Positions 1 through 9,654 are shown, counted from the first letter of the stretch. The stretch: DNA of 64,000 nucleotides from Dehalococcoidia bacterium (GCA_965249275.1 CBDFLQ010000005.1:96001-160000); one strand, 5' to 3'. The notes: generated by a model from the sequence alone, not told the origin. Numbers and translations are program-made.

Positions 1-122
1 TGCTTCCAGTCCATATCCCGGAAATCGGGGAATCCACTCTCGGCGATAGCCCCGCCAGGGTCCAGCACGAACAACAGACCAATGGCAGCAAGGGCCACCA
101 GCGTTGCAATCACTCCCACCAT
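1..122 (-). CDS. Partial CDS (5' end), exported/membrane protein running off the window
   Basis: ATG at 122 after GGAGG; translates MVGVIATLVALAAIGLLFVLDPGGAIAESGFPDFRDMDWK with no stop. Confidence 0.55.
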   Translation of the reverse strand, partial: MVGVIATLVALAAIGLLFVLDPGGAIAESGFPDFRDMDWK

Positions 123-198
123 GGGTCACCCTCCATCCCGGGTTGTTCCACTTGCGCTCGATAGTACAGGGAATCCCCCACCCCCCCACCCCCACTGT

Positions 199-225
199 GT
201 CATCCCGAGGCCCCGCGAGGGATCT
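199..225. repeat. REP-like palindrome family A (GTCATCCCGAGGCYCCGCGAGGGATCT)
   Basis: Near-identical intergenic copies at 199-225, 18237-18263, 58959-58985, 59254-59280. Confidence 0.85.
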
Positions 226-240
226 GGGGCTGGGTCCCCC

Positions 241-1464
241 CTACCCGATAACCGACACATTCCTCCCCAACCTGGATAGCACCTCGAGGCCGCTGTCGGT
301 CATCAGGATCGTCTCGATGAAGCCGCCGCCCGTGCCACCCTTCCAGCCAGGGTCGGAATCGAGAACCGTGAACAGGTTTTCGTAGTTCGTGATCATTCCC
401 GGATCGTAGCTCGCAGTCTCGAAACCCGTGTCCGGGTCGATAAACGTGTGCCCGACCCAATCGGGAGGTATCGCAATCCCCATGTTGTAGCCGCTCACGT
501 AGGCAACGTAGGGCCGCAGCCCCATCGAGTCCATGTACTCGTCCATGGCTTTCTGAGCCACCCCCGTGGGGTCGCCCGGTCTGACTTTCGAAATCACGTG
601 ATCGACGCTCCCGCAGGTCTTGTCCATCAGCTCTCGCCACTTCGGAGAGGGCTCGCCCAGCGAGAATAGCCGACCCAGGTCGGCGTGGTACCGATGATAC
701 GACCCGCAGTGGTTGATCCAGACCAGGTCGCCCTGCTGCAGCTTCCGATGGCTCGGCGCCGAGTGTCGAGCCCCAAACCGCGGCCCTGATCTCACCGCAG
801 CGCGGATGGCCGGGTCTCCCCCACCCTCTTTCATCATTGCGTGGAGCGCCACCCCGGCCAGCTCGGTTTCCATCACGCCGGGGCGTATGGAACTGCGGAC
901 CGTCTCCATGGCCTTGTCCGCTATGGACGCCGCCTTCCTCATCACCTCTATCTCCGGCGCGGACTTGATCAACCTGACCCGGTCCACGACCCACGAGCCC
1001 TCCACAACCTTTGCGCCGGCATCAGCAAAGCCCTGCTTTATTTCGTTGATTACGACCCCGTTCGGCGCCCGGCTCCAGTTCTCGACACCCACGTTGCCCT
1101 TCAGCCAGCCGCGCCCCTTTAGAGAGCCCACTATATGCTCGGCGGGCGATTGCCCATCCCCGAAGTACTCGGCATCGTCGACCACGGCGTGCCACTCGAC
1201 GGTCGGCTGATGGTAGGGAACTTCGAAGAAAACGGTCTGCCCGGAATCGGCGTGGACGGCTACGCTGACGGGACTGGTCAGGTAGTACCAGATCATGTCG
1301 TAGCCCGTCAGGTAAGTGATGTTGGGTGGAGACGACACGAGTAGAACGTCGATCCCCCGGCGCCCCATCTCCCGACGCACCTTCTCCACCCGTTCCCTGT
1401 ACTCCCCGACAGGAAAAGCCGGCCCCCACCCCTCCCCCTCCGCCAACGCTCGACCATCAATCAT
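241..1464 (-). CDS. Xaa-Pro peptidase / creatinase family (M24) protein
   Basis: Creatinase_N-like N-terminus (NITYLTGY), RLIKSAPEIEVMRKA, pita-bread C-domain; GAGGAGG RBS favours ATG 1464; some canonical metal ligands appear substituted. Confidence 0.85.
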   Translation of the reverse strand: MIDGRALAEGEGWGPAFPVGEYRERVEKVRREMGRRGIDVLLVSSPPNITYLTGYDMIWYYLTSPVSVAVHADSGQTVFFEVPYHQPTVEWHAVVDDAEYFGDGQSPAEHIVGSLKGRGWLKGNVGVENWSRAPNGVVINEIKQGFADAGAKVVEGSWVVDRVRLIKSAPEIEVMRKAASIADKAMETVRSSIRPGVMETELAGVALHAMMKEGGGDPAIRAAVRSGPRFGARHSAPSHRKLQQGDLVWINHCGSYHRYHADLGRLFSLGEPSPKWRELMDKTCGSVDHVISKVRPGDPTGVAQKAMDEYMDSMGLRPYVAYVSGYNMGIAIPPDWVGHTFIDPDTGFETASYDPGMITNYENLFTVLDSDPGWKGGTGGGFIETILMTDSGLEVLSRLGRNVSVIG

Positions 1465-1594
1465 CGCCAAAGTCCTCCTCGCAAGGGATTCCCAGCTCGA
1501 CTCAACCCCGACTCTAGCCTAGGGTTCAGTCTGTGGCAAGGTTCGTCCAGGCGAGAGAAAGACCCCTCTTGCGCTAATGACCGGGGAGGTATCC

Positions 1595-1619
1595 GCTCAT
1601 CCTGAGCAGGGTCGAAGGG
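1595..1619. repeat. REP-like family C (CGCTCAYCCTGAGC..GTCGAAGGG)
   Basis: Copies at ~1595, 18305, 21209 and expanded copies at 58841, 59148. Confidence 0.75.
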
Positions 1620-1805
1620 TCGAGTGGATACCGGGAGGGGTTCCCGATAATAGACAGGTCACGGAAAGAGACCCCCATAGCGACGGATTTCAACAGGGTC
1701 TCCTGGCTCTAGCCTCGATTGCCCCACCCGACCCCCCTCATCTAGCACGCCGCCTACTTCACCGTCTACCTCGGGCGTGACTGGCCGATAGGCAGTGTTC
1801 CCCGG

Positions 1806-2192
1806 CTACCACACAGCCTTGAGTGCCTGCCCGACCCTAAGCCCGACCGCCACTGCGGTCAGCCCAATCGCCACCTGGAGTAACACGTTAGCTGAACCGG
1901 CGAAGTAGGCGTGGTCTCTGAACAACCTGATCGTATCGATACCGAACGCCGAGAACGTCGTAAACCCCCCGAGCACGCCTATGATCAGGAATGCCTGGAC
2001 CTCGGGGCTCAGCGGCTTATGCGCCTCTGCGAACCCCGTAATCAGGCCGATCAGGAAACAGCCCACTGCGTTCACAGCCAGGGTCCCATAGGGAAACCCG
2101 GACCCGCCCAGCCCCCCATTCACCCACACCACCACCAGGTAGCGCGCCATCGCCCCCACCACGCCCCCCGCCCCGACCCAAAGAATCAGCAA
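1806..2192 (-). CDS. crcB: Fluoride efflux channel CrcB/Fluc
   Basis: GAGGVVGAMARY, FPYGTLAVN, GGFTTFSAF signature motifs; likely TTG start at 2192. Confidence 0.93.
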   Translation of the reverse strand: MLILWVGAGGVVGAMARYLVVVWVNGGLGGSGFPYGTLAVNAVGCFLIGLITGFAEAHKPLSPEVQAFLIIGVLGGFTTFSAFGIDTIRLFRDHAYFAGSANVLLQVAIGLTAVAVGLRVGQALKAVW

Positions 2193-2475
2193 GACCCGCC
2201 TATCCCCACTTCCATAACGTTCCGCCCCCAAGCCAGCTTATAGAAGCGCTTAGCGGCTGTCGCCGCGCTACTCATTACCATTCACTCCTACTCTAGCTTG
2301 GATCAAACTACCCGCCTACCTGATCACTCTTTGCGGGAATATTCTTCGACGAAAACCCCAGTCTAGGCATGGTTGTCCCCCACTCACGGGCAATTGTGAT
2401 GCGTTTCCCTGGGGCTGACGATTCGCCGGATTGGGTGCGTCGATGTGGCACTTGTCCCGGTTTGCGAGGAAAGAC

Positions 2476-2868
2476 CTACACTATGGAATCTCTGTCCAGA
2501 AGACTCTCAGCCTTTGCGCGATCATCGGGGAGAATTGCGACTGTAGTGTAGTCGCCGCGCCGCTCGACTATATGCAGGCTCTGAATGTTCACGCCGCCCT
2601 GCTTGAGCTTCTCCGCCACCTTCGCCAAAGCACCCGGCTCATCCCGCAAGCTGACTATCAGTGAGTTGTCCGTGACCGTCTTGAAGCCCGCGTCGGTGAG
2701 CGCTCGCAGCGCCTCATCGTAGTCGTCGGTGGTCAGCGAGATGGCGCCCTTGTCGCCCGTGGCCTCAGCGCTAATGGTCCTTATGTTGATACTGCTGTCT
2801 GCCAAGACCCGGGTGATGTCGGCCATTACGCCCACTTCGTTCTTCGCCATGACTATGATTCTCGGCAT
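2476..2868 (-). CDS. Tandem ACT-domain protein
   Basis: Two ACT repeats (NEVGVMADITRVLADSSINI; DEPGALAKVAEKLKQGGVNI). Confidence 0.88.
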   Translation of the reverse strand: MPRIIVMAKNEVGVMADITRVLADSSINIRTISAEATGDKGAISLTTDDYDEALRALTDAGFKTVTDNSLIVSLRDEPGALAKVAEKLKQGGVNIQSLHIVERRGDYTTVAILPDDRAKAESLLDRDSIV

Positions 2869-2882
2869 AACGGTGCGTTCCT

Positions 2883-4010
2883 CTATCTTTTATCTTTTTC
2901 TTGTTCTTTCTGCTTCAGGTAATCGTCCACGACTGCATCTATAGTCTCGCGCGTTACGTGGGGCATGGTCAGCATGTGAGCGATGTCCTCGTACGGGGCA
3001 AGCTGCCATTTGAGGATGACCTCCGCGGACGGCTTCGGGAACACAACGGTGACCGAGTTCCTGTTTCGCCACGCGGGTATGCCGCTGTCCGTGAAGCGAC
3101 TGACCGCGTACTCGGCATTATCCAGGCATCCGGCTACAATCCGCTTGTAGCCGTCCAGCCCGTGGCGCTCGAAGGCGTACCACATCATGAGCGGGGTAAT
3201 GGCGCTGCGGGAGCCCGTGAGAGTAGTGTCCAGAACGCCCACGTACTCGATGGAGCGGGCGATGCGCGCCACGTACTCCCGTTTGGTGAGAGCGATGCCG
3301 CAGGGCAGCGGTGAGCCAATCATCTTGTGTCCGCTTATGGACACGCTGTCGAAGCCGACGTCGAAGCCGTAAGGCTGTGGCTCCTCCACGAAGGGCAGGA
3401 TCATTCCGCTCAGGGCGGCGTCCGCGTGGATGTAGGAGTTGGTCACCGCCAGGTCCTTGAGTATCGCCTGCACCTTGGTCACGTCATCCACAGCGCCCTT
3501 CATGGTGGTGCCAATGTTCGCCATGAATATGACCGGCGAGTCCCGGTTGATGCGTATGGTCTCGTATAGGTCGTCGTAGTCTATCTCGCCGTTGTCCTGG
3601 CTCCTTATCATGATGTTGCGAGCCTTGAGCAGGCGCATGATCTTCACCACGCTGTAGTGGGTGTCCTGGGAGAAGTACACCACGCCGTCAGGGAATATCT
3701 CGCGCCCCAGGTACAGGCCGTACATATTGCCCTCGGTGCCGCCCGAGGTGACGTAGCCCCAGGCCTGGTCCCGAGACAGGTGCATCATGTCGGCGAACGT
3801 GTTGATTACCTCGTACTCCAACTCGTGAGTGTTGCTGCCGAAGCCGCTGCCGTGGAACGGGTCTCCGACGTTGTTGGCGCTGTACTGCAGGAAGGGCAAC
3901 AGCTCCGAGTAATCGAAGTCCTGATTGCACGGGTAGCCGACCTGCTGGGCGCTCAACTCCTCAAATTCCTTCAGCAAAGCGTCGAGGCGTTTCTGGGTTT
4001 GCGTTCTCAT
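2883..4010 (-). CDS. hdcA: PLP-dependent histidine decarboxylase (group II decarboxylase)
   Basis: GYPCNQDFDY, NNVGDPF, WGYVTSGGTEGNMYGL, HADAAL, SGHK PLP lysine; start MRTQ at 4010. Confidence 0.8.
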   Translation of the reverse strand: MRTQTQKRLDALLKEFEELSAQQVGYPCNQDFDYSELLPFLQYSANNVGDPFHGSGFGSNTHELEYEVINTFADMMHLSRDQAWGYVTSGGTEGNMYGLYLGREIFPDGVVYFSQDTHYSVVKIMRLLKARNIMIRSQDNGEIDYDDLYETIRINRDSPVIFMANIGTTMKGAVDDVTKVQAILKDLAVTNSYIHADAALSGMILPFVEEPQPYGFDVGFDSVSISGHKMIGSPLPCGIALTKREYVARIARSIEYVGVLDTTLTGSRSAITPLMMWYAFERHGLDGYKRIVAGCLDNAEYAVSRFTDSGIPAWRNRNSVTVVFPKPSAEVILKWQLAPYEDIAHMLTMPHVTRETIDAVVDDYLKQKEQEKDKR

Positions 4011-4240
4011 CCTATTTCTTCGACCAATATTGATTCCCGTATCCTCAGGCCCCCGTTTCCAATGTAGCCCCCCGCCCCGACCCAAAGAATCAGCAAGACC
4101 CGCCTATCCCCACTTCCATAACGTTCCGCCCCACCCCAACCCCTCCACCTCCACCAAAGCTCGACCATCAACCATCACCAAAGTCCTCCTAGAAAGGGAT
4201 TTCTACCTCGACTCTAGCCGAAGGGTTGGGGCCGTGTGCA

Positions 4241-5989
4241 TCACTGCCCAGGTTTAGGCCAGCGGAGAATAGCCTGCTCAGCAAGGCTATTTGTCCTCTC
4301 AATAATCTGCGTTGGTCCCCATGTCGCATACTGTTCGAGGACTTCCCTGGTAGTCCTATATATCGTCTCGTTCCGGAGACGATCACGAGCCTCGTCCCAG
4401 TCGGTAGTGCCTTTTGTCGAATTATCAGACTGGCTAAGCGGCACTAGATTCCCGAGCAAGCCGAGGAGCTTCTGTCGTTCCTCATCGTCGTTGGGAAAAT
4501 CCTTGGCCCAGTTTCCCTTGAGCGATTGTGGGGCTAGATGATCAACTGTAATGGCGTCGAGTTGCTCGCGCGTTATTGGATTCTTGTGGTGAGCAGCAAT
4601 CTCGAGCTCTGCCAACACATATCCATCGAGCCGGCGTCCGTAGAACGGTTTGCTAGAGATGTCACGTCGAAGCTGATCATCGTCTGGGAAGTCTATGGTC
4701 TGCGTCTGGAGGTGAGCCACAAGTGACGAAGGGTTGCCACCGTTCTTTCTCCATAGACCCTTGAACACCGCGTGGAGTCCGGTCGGCTCTCGACCTGAGA
4801 ATGCCCTTCTCACCAAGAAAGACTCTACAATGCGTAGGCATTCAACAATGGCAGTTGAGGTGAGCTTCTCAAAACGTTGTGCTCTGAGCAACTGGATCAG
4901 GAATGCATAGGTTACGCGAGGTACTGGCATGCGTGCAAAACGCCTAACCCATTCTGTGATCTCAAGTGTGGCCGAGTAGTCATCTCCAGATGATAGGGCT
5001 TTGTACTCTGGCACAAATCTATTGAGGTCCTCGATGATGAGTTCTGCGGTTGTAGCTGAGTCATCGTCATCTCGAATCTTCTCGTCCCAATGCTGACTCA
5101 GTGCACGGAAGGCCCCAGCCGCTGTAGCGTTGTCATCTACTGTAAGTGTGAACGGATAGTAATAATTGTCGAGTTGTTTCCTATCATCGAACGATTCTTC
5201 AAAGGGCTCCCAGTGGTCACTAAACAATTTGATTGCAGTGGTCGGCTCTGCTGCGAGTCGCCGGAATACCTCGTTCTTCACAAGATCGCCAACCGTCAAG
5301 GCTTGGCCTTTTCGGTTCAATCGGTCGAATACCTCGTTAGGCTGATGTCGCTCAGCAATATTGATGGCTGCTATCTCCACCTTGTCGACTACAGTCCTTG
5401 CTAAGGCCTTAAGTGACTCCCCGTCGAATCCTTCCTCGCCCAAGCACCGCGCGCGCACTTCTGTTTGTGCTCGTTCAAGTGCTGCGGACATCCTTCCCGG
5501 TCTGAACCTCCCACCGTGTGGCAAGTCCCAGTCACTCTTCAACTTACGACATAGCGACACAAACTCCGGCGTGTCCGGGATCGTTGGAAGAAAGCGGGGT
5601 TTGCCCCTGGTTGTTGTTTTAGTGGACTTCAGGAATGTCTCTGCGATCGCTGTAGCTTCATATTGATGCCCGTGCTCCTGCCACTCGAGCGCGATGCCGA
5701 GGAGTGTAAGGAACAAGGTTGCGATCCGCTGCTGTCCGTCCAGCACCAAGAATCTTTCAAGAGACCCCGCGCTAGGGTCACTAGGACCCTCGTGCTTCAA
5801 GATGATGGCTCCCAAGAAGAGTGCCTCTGATTGTCCCTCCTCGACTAGTTTGATGTCTTCCCAAAACTCGTCAAGATTCTTACGATCCCACGTGAATCGC
5901 CGTTGGTAGAGGGGAGCGGATAGCAGTCGTTCAACCTCGAAAACGTAACGCACACTAATGCAACTATCTTGTTGTCTTGCCAGGGTCAC
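4241..5989 (-). CDS. DUF262-DUF1524 (GmrSD-like) modification-dependent restriction protein
   Basis: YQRRFTW, DGQQR, FDRLNRKG (DUF262); VDHLAPQ...LGNLVPL...DNS (HNH); lower GC than flanks. Confidence 0.88.
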   Translation of the reverse strand: MTLARQQDSCISVRYVFEVERLLSAPLYQRRFTWDRKNLDEFWEDIKLVEEGQSEALFLGAIILKHEGPSDPSAGSLERFLVLDGQQRIATLFLTLLGIALEWQEHGHQYEATAIAETFLKSTKTTTRGKPRFLPTIPDTPEFVSLCRKLKSDWDLPHGGRFRPGRMSAALERAQTEVRARCLGEEGFDGESLKALARTVVDKVEIAAINIAERHQPNEVFDRLNRKGQALTVGDLVKNEVFRRLAAEPTTAIKLFSDHWEPFEESFDDRKQLDNYYYPFTLTVDDNATAAGAFRALSQHWDEKIRDDDDSATTAELIIEDLNRFVPEYKALSSGDDYSATLEITEWVRRFARMPVPRVTYAFLIQLLRAQRFEKLTSTAIVECLRIVESFLVRRAFSGREPTGLHAVFKGLWRKNGGNPSSLVAHLQTQTIDFPDDDQLRRDISSKPFYGRRLDGYVLAELEIAAHHKNPITREQLDAITVDHLAPQSLKGNWAKDFPNDDEERQKLLGLLGNLVPLSQSDNSTKGTTDWDEARDRLRNETIYRTTREVLEQYATWGPTQIIERTNSLAEQAILRWPKPGQ

Positions 5990-6133
5990 GTGCGAACTCC
6001 TATTTTTGGATAATTTCTATTTTCAGGATGTACAGTGCCCGCATCTAATCGGGTTCTGACTGCGAGTCTAACATCACCGTAGCACCCCTATACCGATATG
6101 AGATTCTCAACAGTGCGAGGCCGAGCCTGAATA

Positions 6134-6454
6134 CTACCGGTCAAGCGCCTTCCGGGCACCGTCAACCTGACCCCTTAGGTGCTTGGCCGCGTCGTAAAGG
6201 AAGTCGGCATACTTGTCGGCATCGTCAGCCATATCTTTCCTTTTGGTTTCACTTGATTCTGTGGCCAGCTTCCTGAGCCGATTAGTCAGCTTTACCTTAG
6301 CACCTCGCCAGCTAGAGACAGTAAGATAGCTCCGTGCCTCGTTCCAGCCAATCCCTAGTTCTTTGCTGATTTTCGTGATGATCATACCCCCCAACGCCAT
6401 CTTATTCACCTTTTCCCTCAAATCCTCTTTGTCATTTGTTGGATGTGCCATCAT
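6134..6454 (-). CDS. Hypothetical protein, possible N-terminal HTH
   Basis: AAGGAGG RBS; ITKISKELGIGWNEARSY is HTH-like. Confidence 0.6.
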   Translation of the reverse strand: MMAHPTNDKEDLREKVNKMALGGMIITKISKELGIGWNEARSYLTVSSWRGAKVKLTNRLRKLATESSETKRKDMADDADKYADFLYDAAKHLRGQVDGARKALDR

Positions 6455-6488
6455 GCCTCCTTACACGTTAAGCTCAAAGTGTGATACG

Positions 6489-6565
6489 TGGTGGGCGATA
6501 CTGGACTCGAACCAGTGACCTCTTGCTTGTAAGGCAAGCGCTCTCACCAACTGAGCTAATCGCCC
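6489..6565 (-). tRNA. tRNA-Val(TAC)
   Basis: GGGCGAT acceptor stem, anticodon loop CTTACAA, TTCGA, encoded CCA. Confidence 0.97.
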
Positions 6566-6580
6566 CATTCCCGGGTGAAA

Positions 6581-6657
6581 TGGTGCGCTTGGCGGGGCTC
6601 GAACCCACGACCTCTGCCTCCGCAGGGCAGCGCTCTATCCAACTGAGCTACAAGCGC
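6581..6657 (-). tRNA. tRNA-Arg(GCG)
   Basis: Anticodon arm CTGCC-CTGCGGA-GGCAG; encoded CCA. Confidence 0.95.
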
Positions 6658-6719
6658 ATCTTCGTCGCAGACTTCATACCGTCCGCTATTTCAACTATCG
6701 ATGCCGACCTTCCAAGCGT

Positions 6720-6806
6720 TGGTGCCGAAGGTGGGATTTGAACCCACACGTCCTCGTGGGACACTGCGCCCTGAACGCAGCGCGTCTGCCGTTCCGCCAC
6801 TTCGGC
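6720..6806 (-). tRNA. tRNA-Leu(CAG)
   Basis: 87 nt with long variable arm; loop TTCAGGG; CCA. Confidence 0.97.
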
Positions 6807-6823
6807 CCTTAACCGCACCCTCA

Positions 6824-6900
6824 TGGTGGGCGATACTGGACTCGAACCAGTGACCTCTTGCGTGTGAAGCAAGCGCTCTAACCAACTGAGCTAACCGCCC
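6824..6900 (-). tRNA. tRNA-Val(CAC)
   Basis: Loop TTCACAC; nearly identical to Val(TAC); CCA. Confidence 0.97.
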
Positions 6901-7117
6901 GGCCTGGAGTGCCAAAGGCGCACCTTTAACCAGCCTAAATGTTAAGTCCACCCCTTTGGAGTGTCAACCGAGACTCTTTGAGGCAAGTGCAAAACTCCTG
7001 AGGTAGAGAGAATTCCATCTCACGACGGACAAGACAGAGGGTGTACCCGTTGCGACTCACCAGTTGTGGCCTGCTAGATTGTCGCGCCATTTGTGACATG
7101 AGTCGCTGCTATAGGCA

Positions 7118-7378
7118 GCGGTCAATCACTCCATCGAGGAATGGGCCGTCGGAGACGTTCACACCAACAGCATCGAGGGCGTCTGGAGCTTGTTCAAGCG
7201 GAGCATCATCGGGGCGTTTCACCATGTCTCGGAGAAGCATCTGGACCGCTACCTCGAAGAGCTCGAATGGCGGTTCGGAAACCGCGACAACGACCACATC
7301 TTTGTCGATACCCTCCGGCGCATCGTCCGCACCGACCCCCCTGACGTACGAGCGGCTTATCGCTTGACCAGCCTATGA
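7118..7378 (+). pseudogene. IS1595-family transposase C-terminal remnant
   Basis: AVNHSIEEWAVGDVHTNSIEGVWSLFKRSIIGAFHHVSEKHLDRYLEE; no 5' part; frameshift before LTYERLIA. Confidence 0.85.
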
Positions 7379-7393
7379 GCCGGGTCGGAAGAG

Positions 7394-7657
7394 CTAATGT
7401 CCATTGGGCACCATAGGATCAAAGGGTTCTGCCCCAAATTCCAGGTGTAGTCGGTAAGTTTGGCCCCGCTTTCGGGCGTCCTGTTGAGCCCTCAAGGCTT
7501 CTCTGAACGCCTGTATCCCATCTCCCCATGCGTTCCTACAAACAGGGCACTCGCTCGGCACAGGCTTATCGTTCACTAGCGGGTAAACAACCTCTGACTT
7601 GCAGCACGGATTGATGCACTCAATGCGGATCGCAGTCGCCGAGGTTACCGACGGCAT
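7394..7657 (-). CDS. Small Cys-rich (zinc-ribbon-like) hypothetical protein
   Basis: AAGGAGG RBS before ATG 7657; CINPCC...CPVC. Confidence 0.6.
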   Translation of the reverse strand: MPSVTSATAIRIECINPCCKSEVVYPLVNDKPVPSECPVCRNAWGDGIQAFREALRAQQDARKRGQTYRLHLEFGAEPFDPMVPNGH

Positions 7658-7762
7658 TCTCAGCCTCCTTCTTTCGATGTGGCAACTTCCAAGCTGTACT
7701 CTATCCATGCGCTCTATCATGTCTGGAGTATAGCACTCTCCCAAAGAGCGGCTGATTGACTA

Positions 7763-8758
7763 TTAACACGGGAGCCTCTGATAGTTAAGAGCTAGACCCG
7801 TGATGTCAAATTCGGCTACAACGGTTTCGACATCGCCGGACGCCCCGAGTATCACATCTGCTCCGCGTGTTTCCATTTCCAACAGAACTGTCAGTATGGC
7901 TCTGCTATCCCGCTCGTCGAAGTAGATGGTTTCCAGATCGTCGCTACCCAGGTCTGTCCTAAACCATGTGCGGTCCTCTGAACCGGCTGCCCGAATCGAA
8001 AGCCCAACGTCTCCCAATGCTAACCAAGGACCACCACTATCGAATTTGTAGAACAATTCATCACCTTGGAAACACGAAAACCCCATCCCAGCTTCATCAT
8101 AATACGACTCGTTGGTGTCGTCATAGGCTTCTAGATGTATGAATGTTAGATCAGAGGGAAAGCTAGCGCAATTTGGATACGCACTCGGGCAATCTGGGCC
8201 GAAGTATCTCCAGTCGCCGTTCCCAGCCGCGACGCTTGGTCGTGGCGTAGCTGTTGGGAACGGGGTCGCCGTAGGCAACGACACAGGAGTCGGAGATGGT
8301 ATAGCAAGAGGGGTTGGCGTGGCGGTCGGAGTCGGGATAGGTGTCGGCGTCGGCGTAGCTGTCGGTAATGGGGTAGGTACAGGAGTCCATGTCGGCTCGG
8401 GCGTCCAGGTGGGTTCCGGTGTCCATGTGGGAGCAGGGGGTGGAGTCGGCGTTGGAGCGGGGGTATCGGTTGGGTCAGGGGTAGCCGAAGGCTCAGGTTT
8501 GGCAGTTACCGTTGGTAATGCGGACGGAACGGGGGTGGGCGTTACCGGAAGAAGCAGCATAGATGTTGCCATAGAGACTTCCGTCGATGGAGCGGTAGGC
8601 AAGGCCGTCGAAGGCATATCCGAGTCCTGCGCAGTTGTTGAAGGAGTTGGCATGGACGCTACGCTAGCGGTCGGGTCGGCTGATAGAGACTCGGGAACCT
8701 GTGGGTTGGAGCAGGTGAGAATCATGGCAACACTCAGGATCACGACTAGGAATCTCAA
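7763..8758 (-). CDS. Lipoprotein with long Pro/Thr linker and unknown C-terminal domain
   Basis: Signal peptide ending ILTC; PTPT/PTWT repeats; globular C-terminal ~155 aa. Confidence 0.75.
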   Translation of the reverse strand: MRFLVVILSVAMILTCSNPQVPESLSADPTASVASMPTPSTTAQDSDMPSTALPTAPSTEVSMATSMLLLPVTPTPVPSALPTVTAKPEPSATPDPTDTPAPTPTPPPAPTWTPEPTWTPEPTWTPVPTPLPTATPTPTPIPTPTATPTPLAIPSPTPVSLPTATPFPTATPRPSVAAGNGDWRYFGPDCPSAYPNCASFPSDLTFIHLEAYDDTNESYYDEAGMGFSCFQGDELFYKFDSGGPWLALGDVGLSIRAAGSEDRTWFRTDLGSDDLETIYFDERDSRAILTVLLEMETRGADVILGASGDVETVVAEFDITGLALNYQRLPC

Positions 8759-9007
8759 ATGGAACCCCCTTGCGGCAAGGATTAGGCTTCTCTACCACAA
8801 GTCGCCGTCCTGGGACCGGGAGCCACAAGGGGGCATGAGGCCCATCCTTGCCCTGGTCCTGATCCTGGACAATTGCAACTCGTGGTAGAGTCTCCCCACC
8901 TTAAGGGCACGTCTACGCCATGTCAAACAGATGCGAGATTGACATGCATTGACAACCCATTTAACCTAACGCCGCTCTAACGAAATGTACGCTTAAAGGA
9001 GAGACTG

Positions 9008-9433
9008 ATGAGCGGTAGGGATATGATACGCAGAGGGCTGGAACAACAGGATCATGATGCTGTCGTTCGAGCTGCCGAAGATGTCTATGAACAGTACGGC
9101 AAACACGCCCATATAAATCCCGGGCAGGAAAAGAACTATTCATGGAACGGCTACTGGATAGACATAATCGTTCCTATCGTGGCTGCTAAGGACGACAGGG
9201 CCTGGGTGATTGAAGTGGAAACCGCCGACTCAGTGACGGATGAGTCGGCAAGCGGCCAATGGCGGGACTACGATATAGCGTATGCAGAAGAGTGGTATTT
9301 GGCGGTGCCGGTTACGAGCAAGGCAAAGGCCGAGACACTATTGGGGGAACACGGCATTACGCATTACCGCATCGTTACTTGGGCAGCGAACACTGAGGGT
9401 GGTTATACATTCTGGGGGCTGCCTGGAATCTAG
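9008..9433 (+). CDS. Hypothetical protein, restriction-endonuclease-like PD-(D/E)xK fold
   Basis: AAGGAG RBS; WIDIIV...WVIEVET...QWRDY pattern. Confidence 0.6.
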   Translation: MSGRDMIRRGLEQQDHDAVVRAAEDVYEQYGKHAHINPGQEKNYSWNGYWIDIIVPIVAAKDDRAWVIEVETADSVTDESASGQWRDYDIAYAEEWYLAVPVTSKAKAETLLGEHGITHYRIVTWAANTEGGYTFWGLPGI

Positions 9434-9445
9434 GAGACGGCGATC

Positions 9446-9637
9446 ATGAATCAGGCGGCCAAAGACAAATTGGGTGTAAGCATACGGACCACGGCAACTG
9501 GAGAGTTACTGGTCTTTCGCTCCATATTCAATGGCTACCGGTATAGCGACGATGCATCCAGTATCAATGCCGTCAAACCTGATGACGCCCCGCAATTGCT
9601 GCAAGCGGTCCGTAAAGCCTTGGGCCTCGACTCCTAG
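9446..9637 (+). CDS. Small hypothetical protein
   Basis: AGGAG RBS, directly follows the 9008 ORF. Confidence 0.5.
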   Translation: MNQAAKDKLGVSIRTTATGELLVFRSIFNGYRYSDDASSINAVKPDDAPQLLQAVRKALGLDS

Positions 9638-9654
9638 CGAAAGGTCGATATAAC

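Noticed and set aside
2446-2466. sigma54 promoter (TGGCAC...TTGC)
   Set aside because: The spacing is 10 nt rather than the required 5.
6481-6951. ORFs overlapping the tRNA cluster
   Set aside because: They are spurious translations of tRNA genes.
8139-8888. Gly/Val-rich ORFs (also 60274-60630, 53922-54524)
   Set aside because: They are antisense shadows of Pro/Thr-linker lipoprotein genes.
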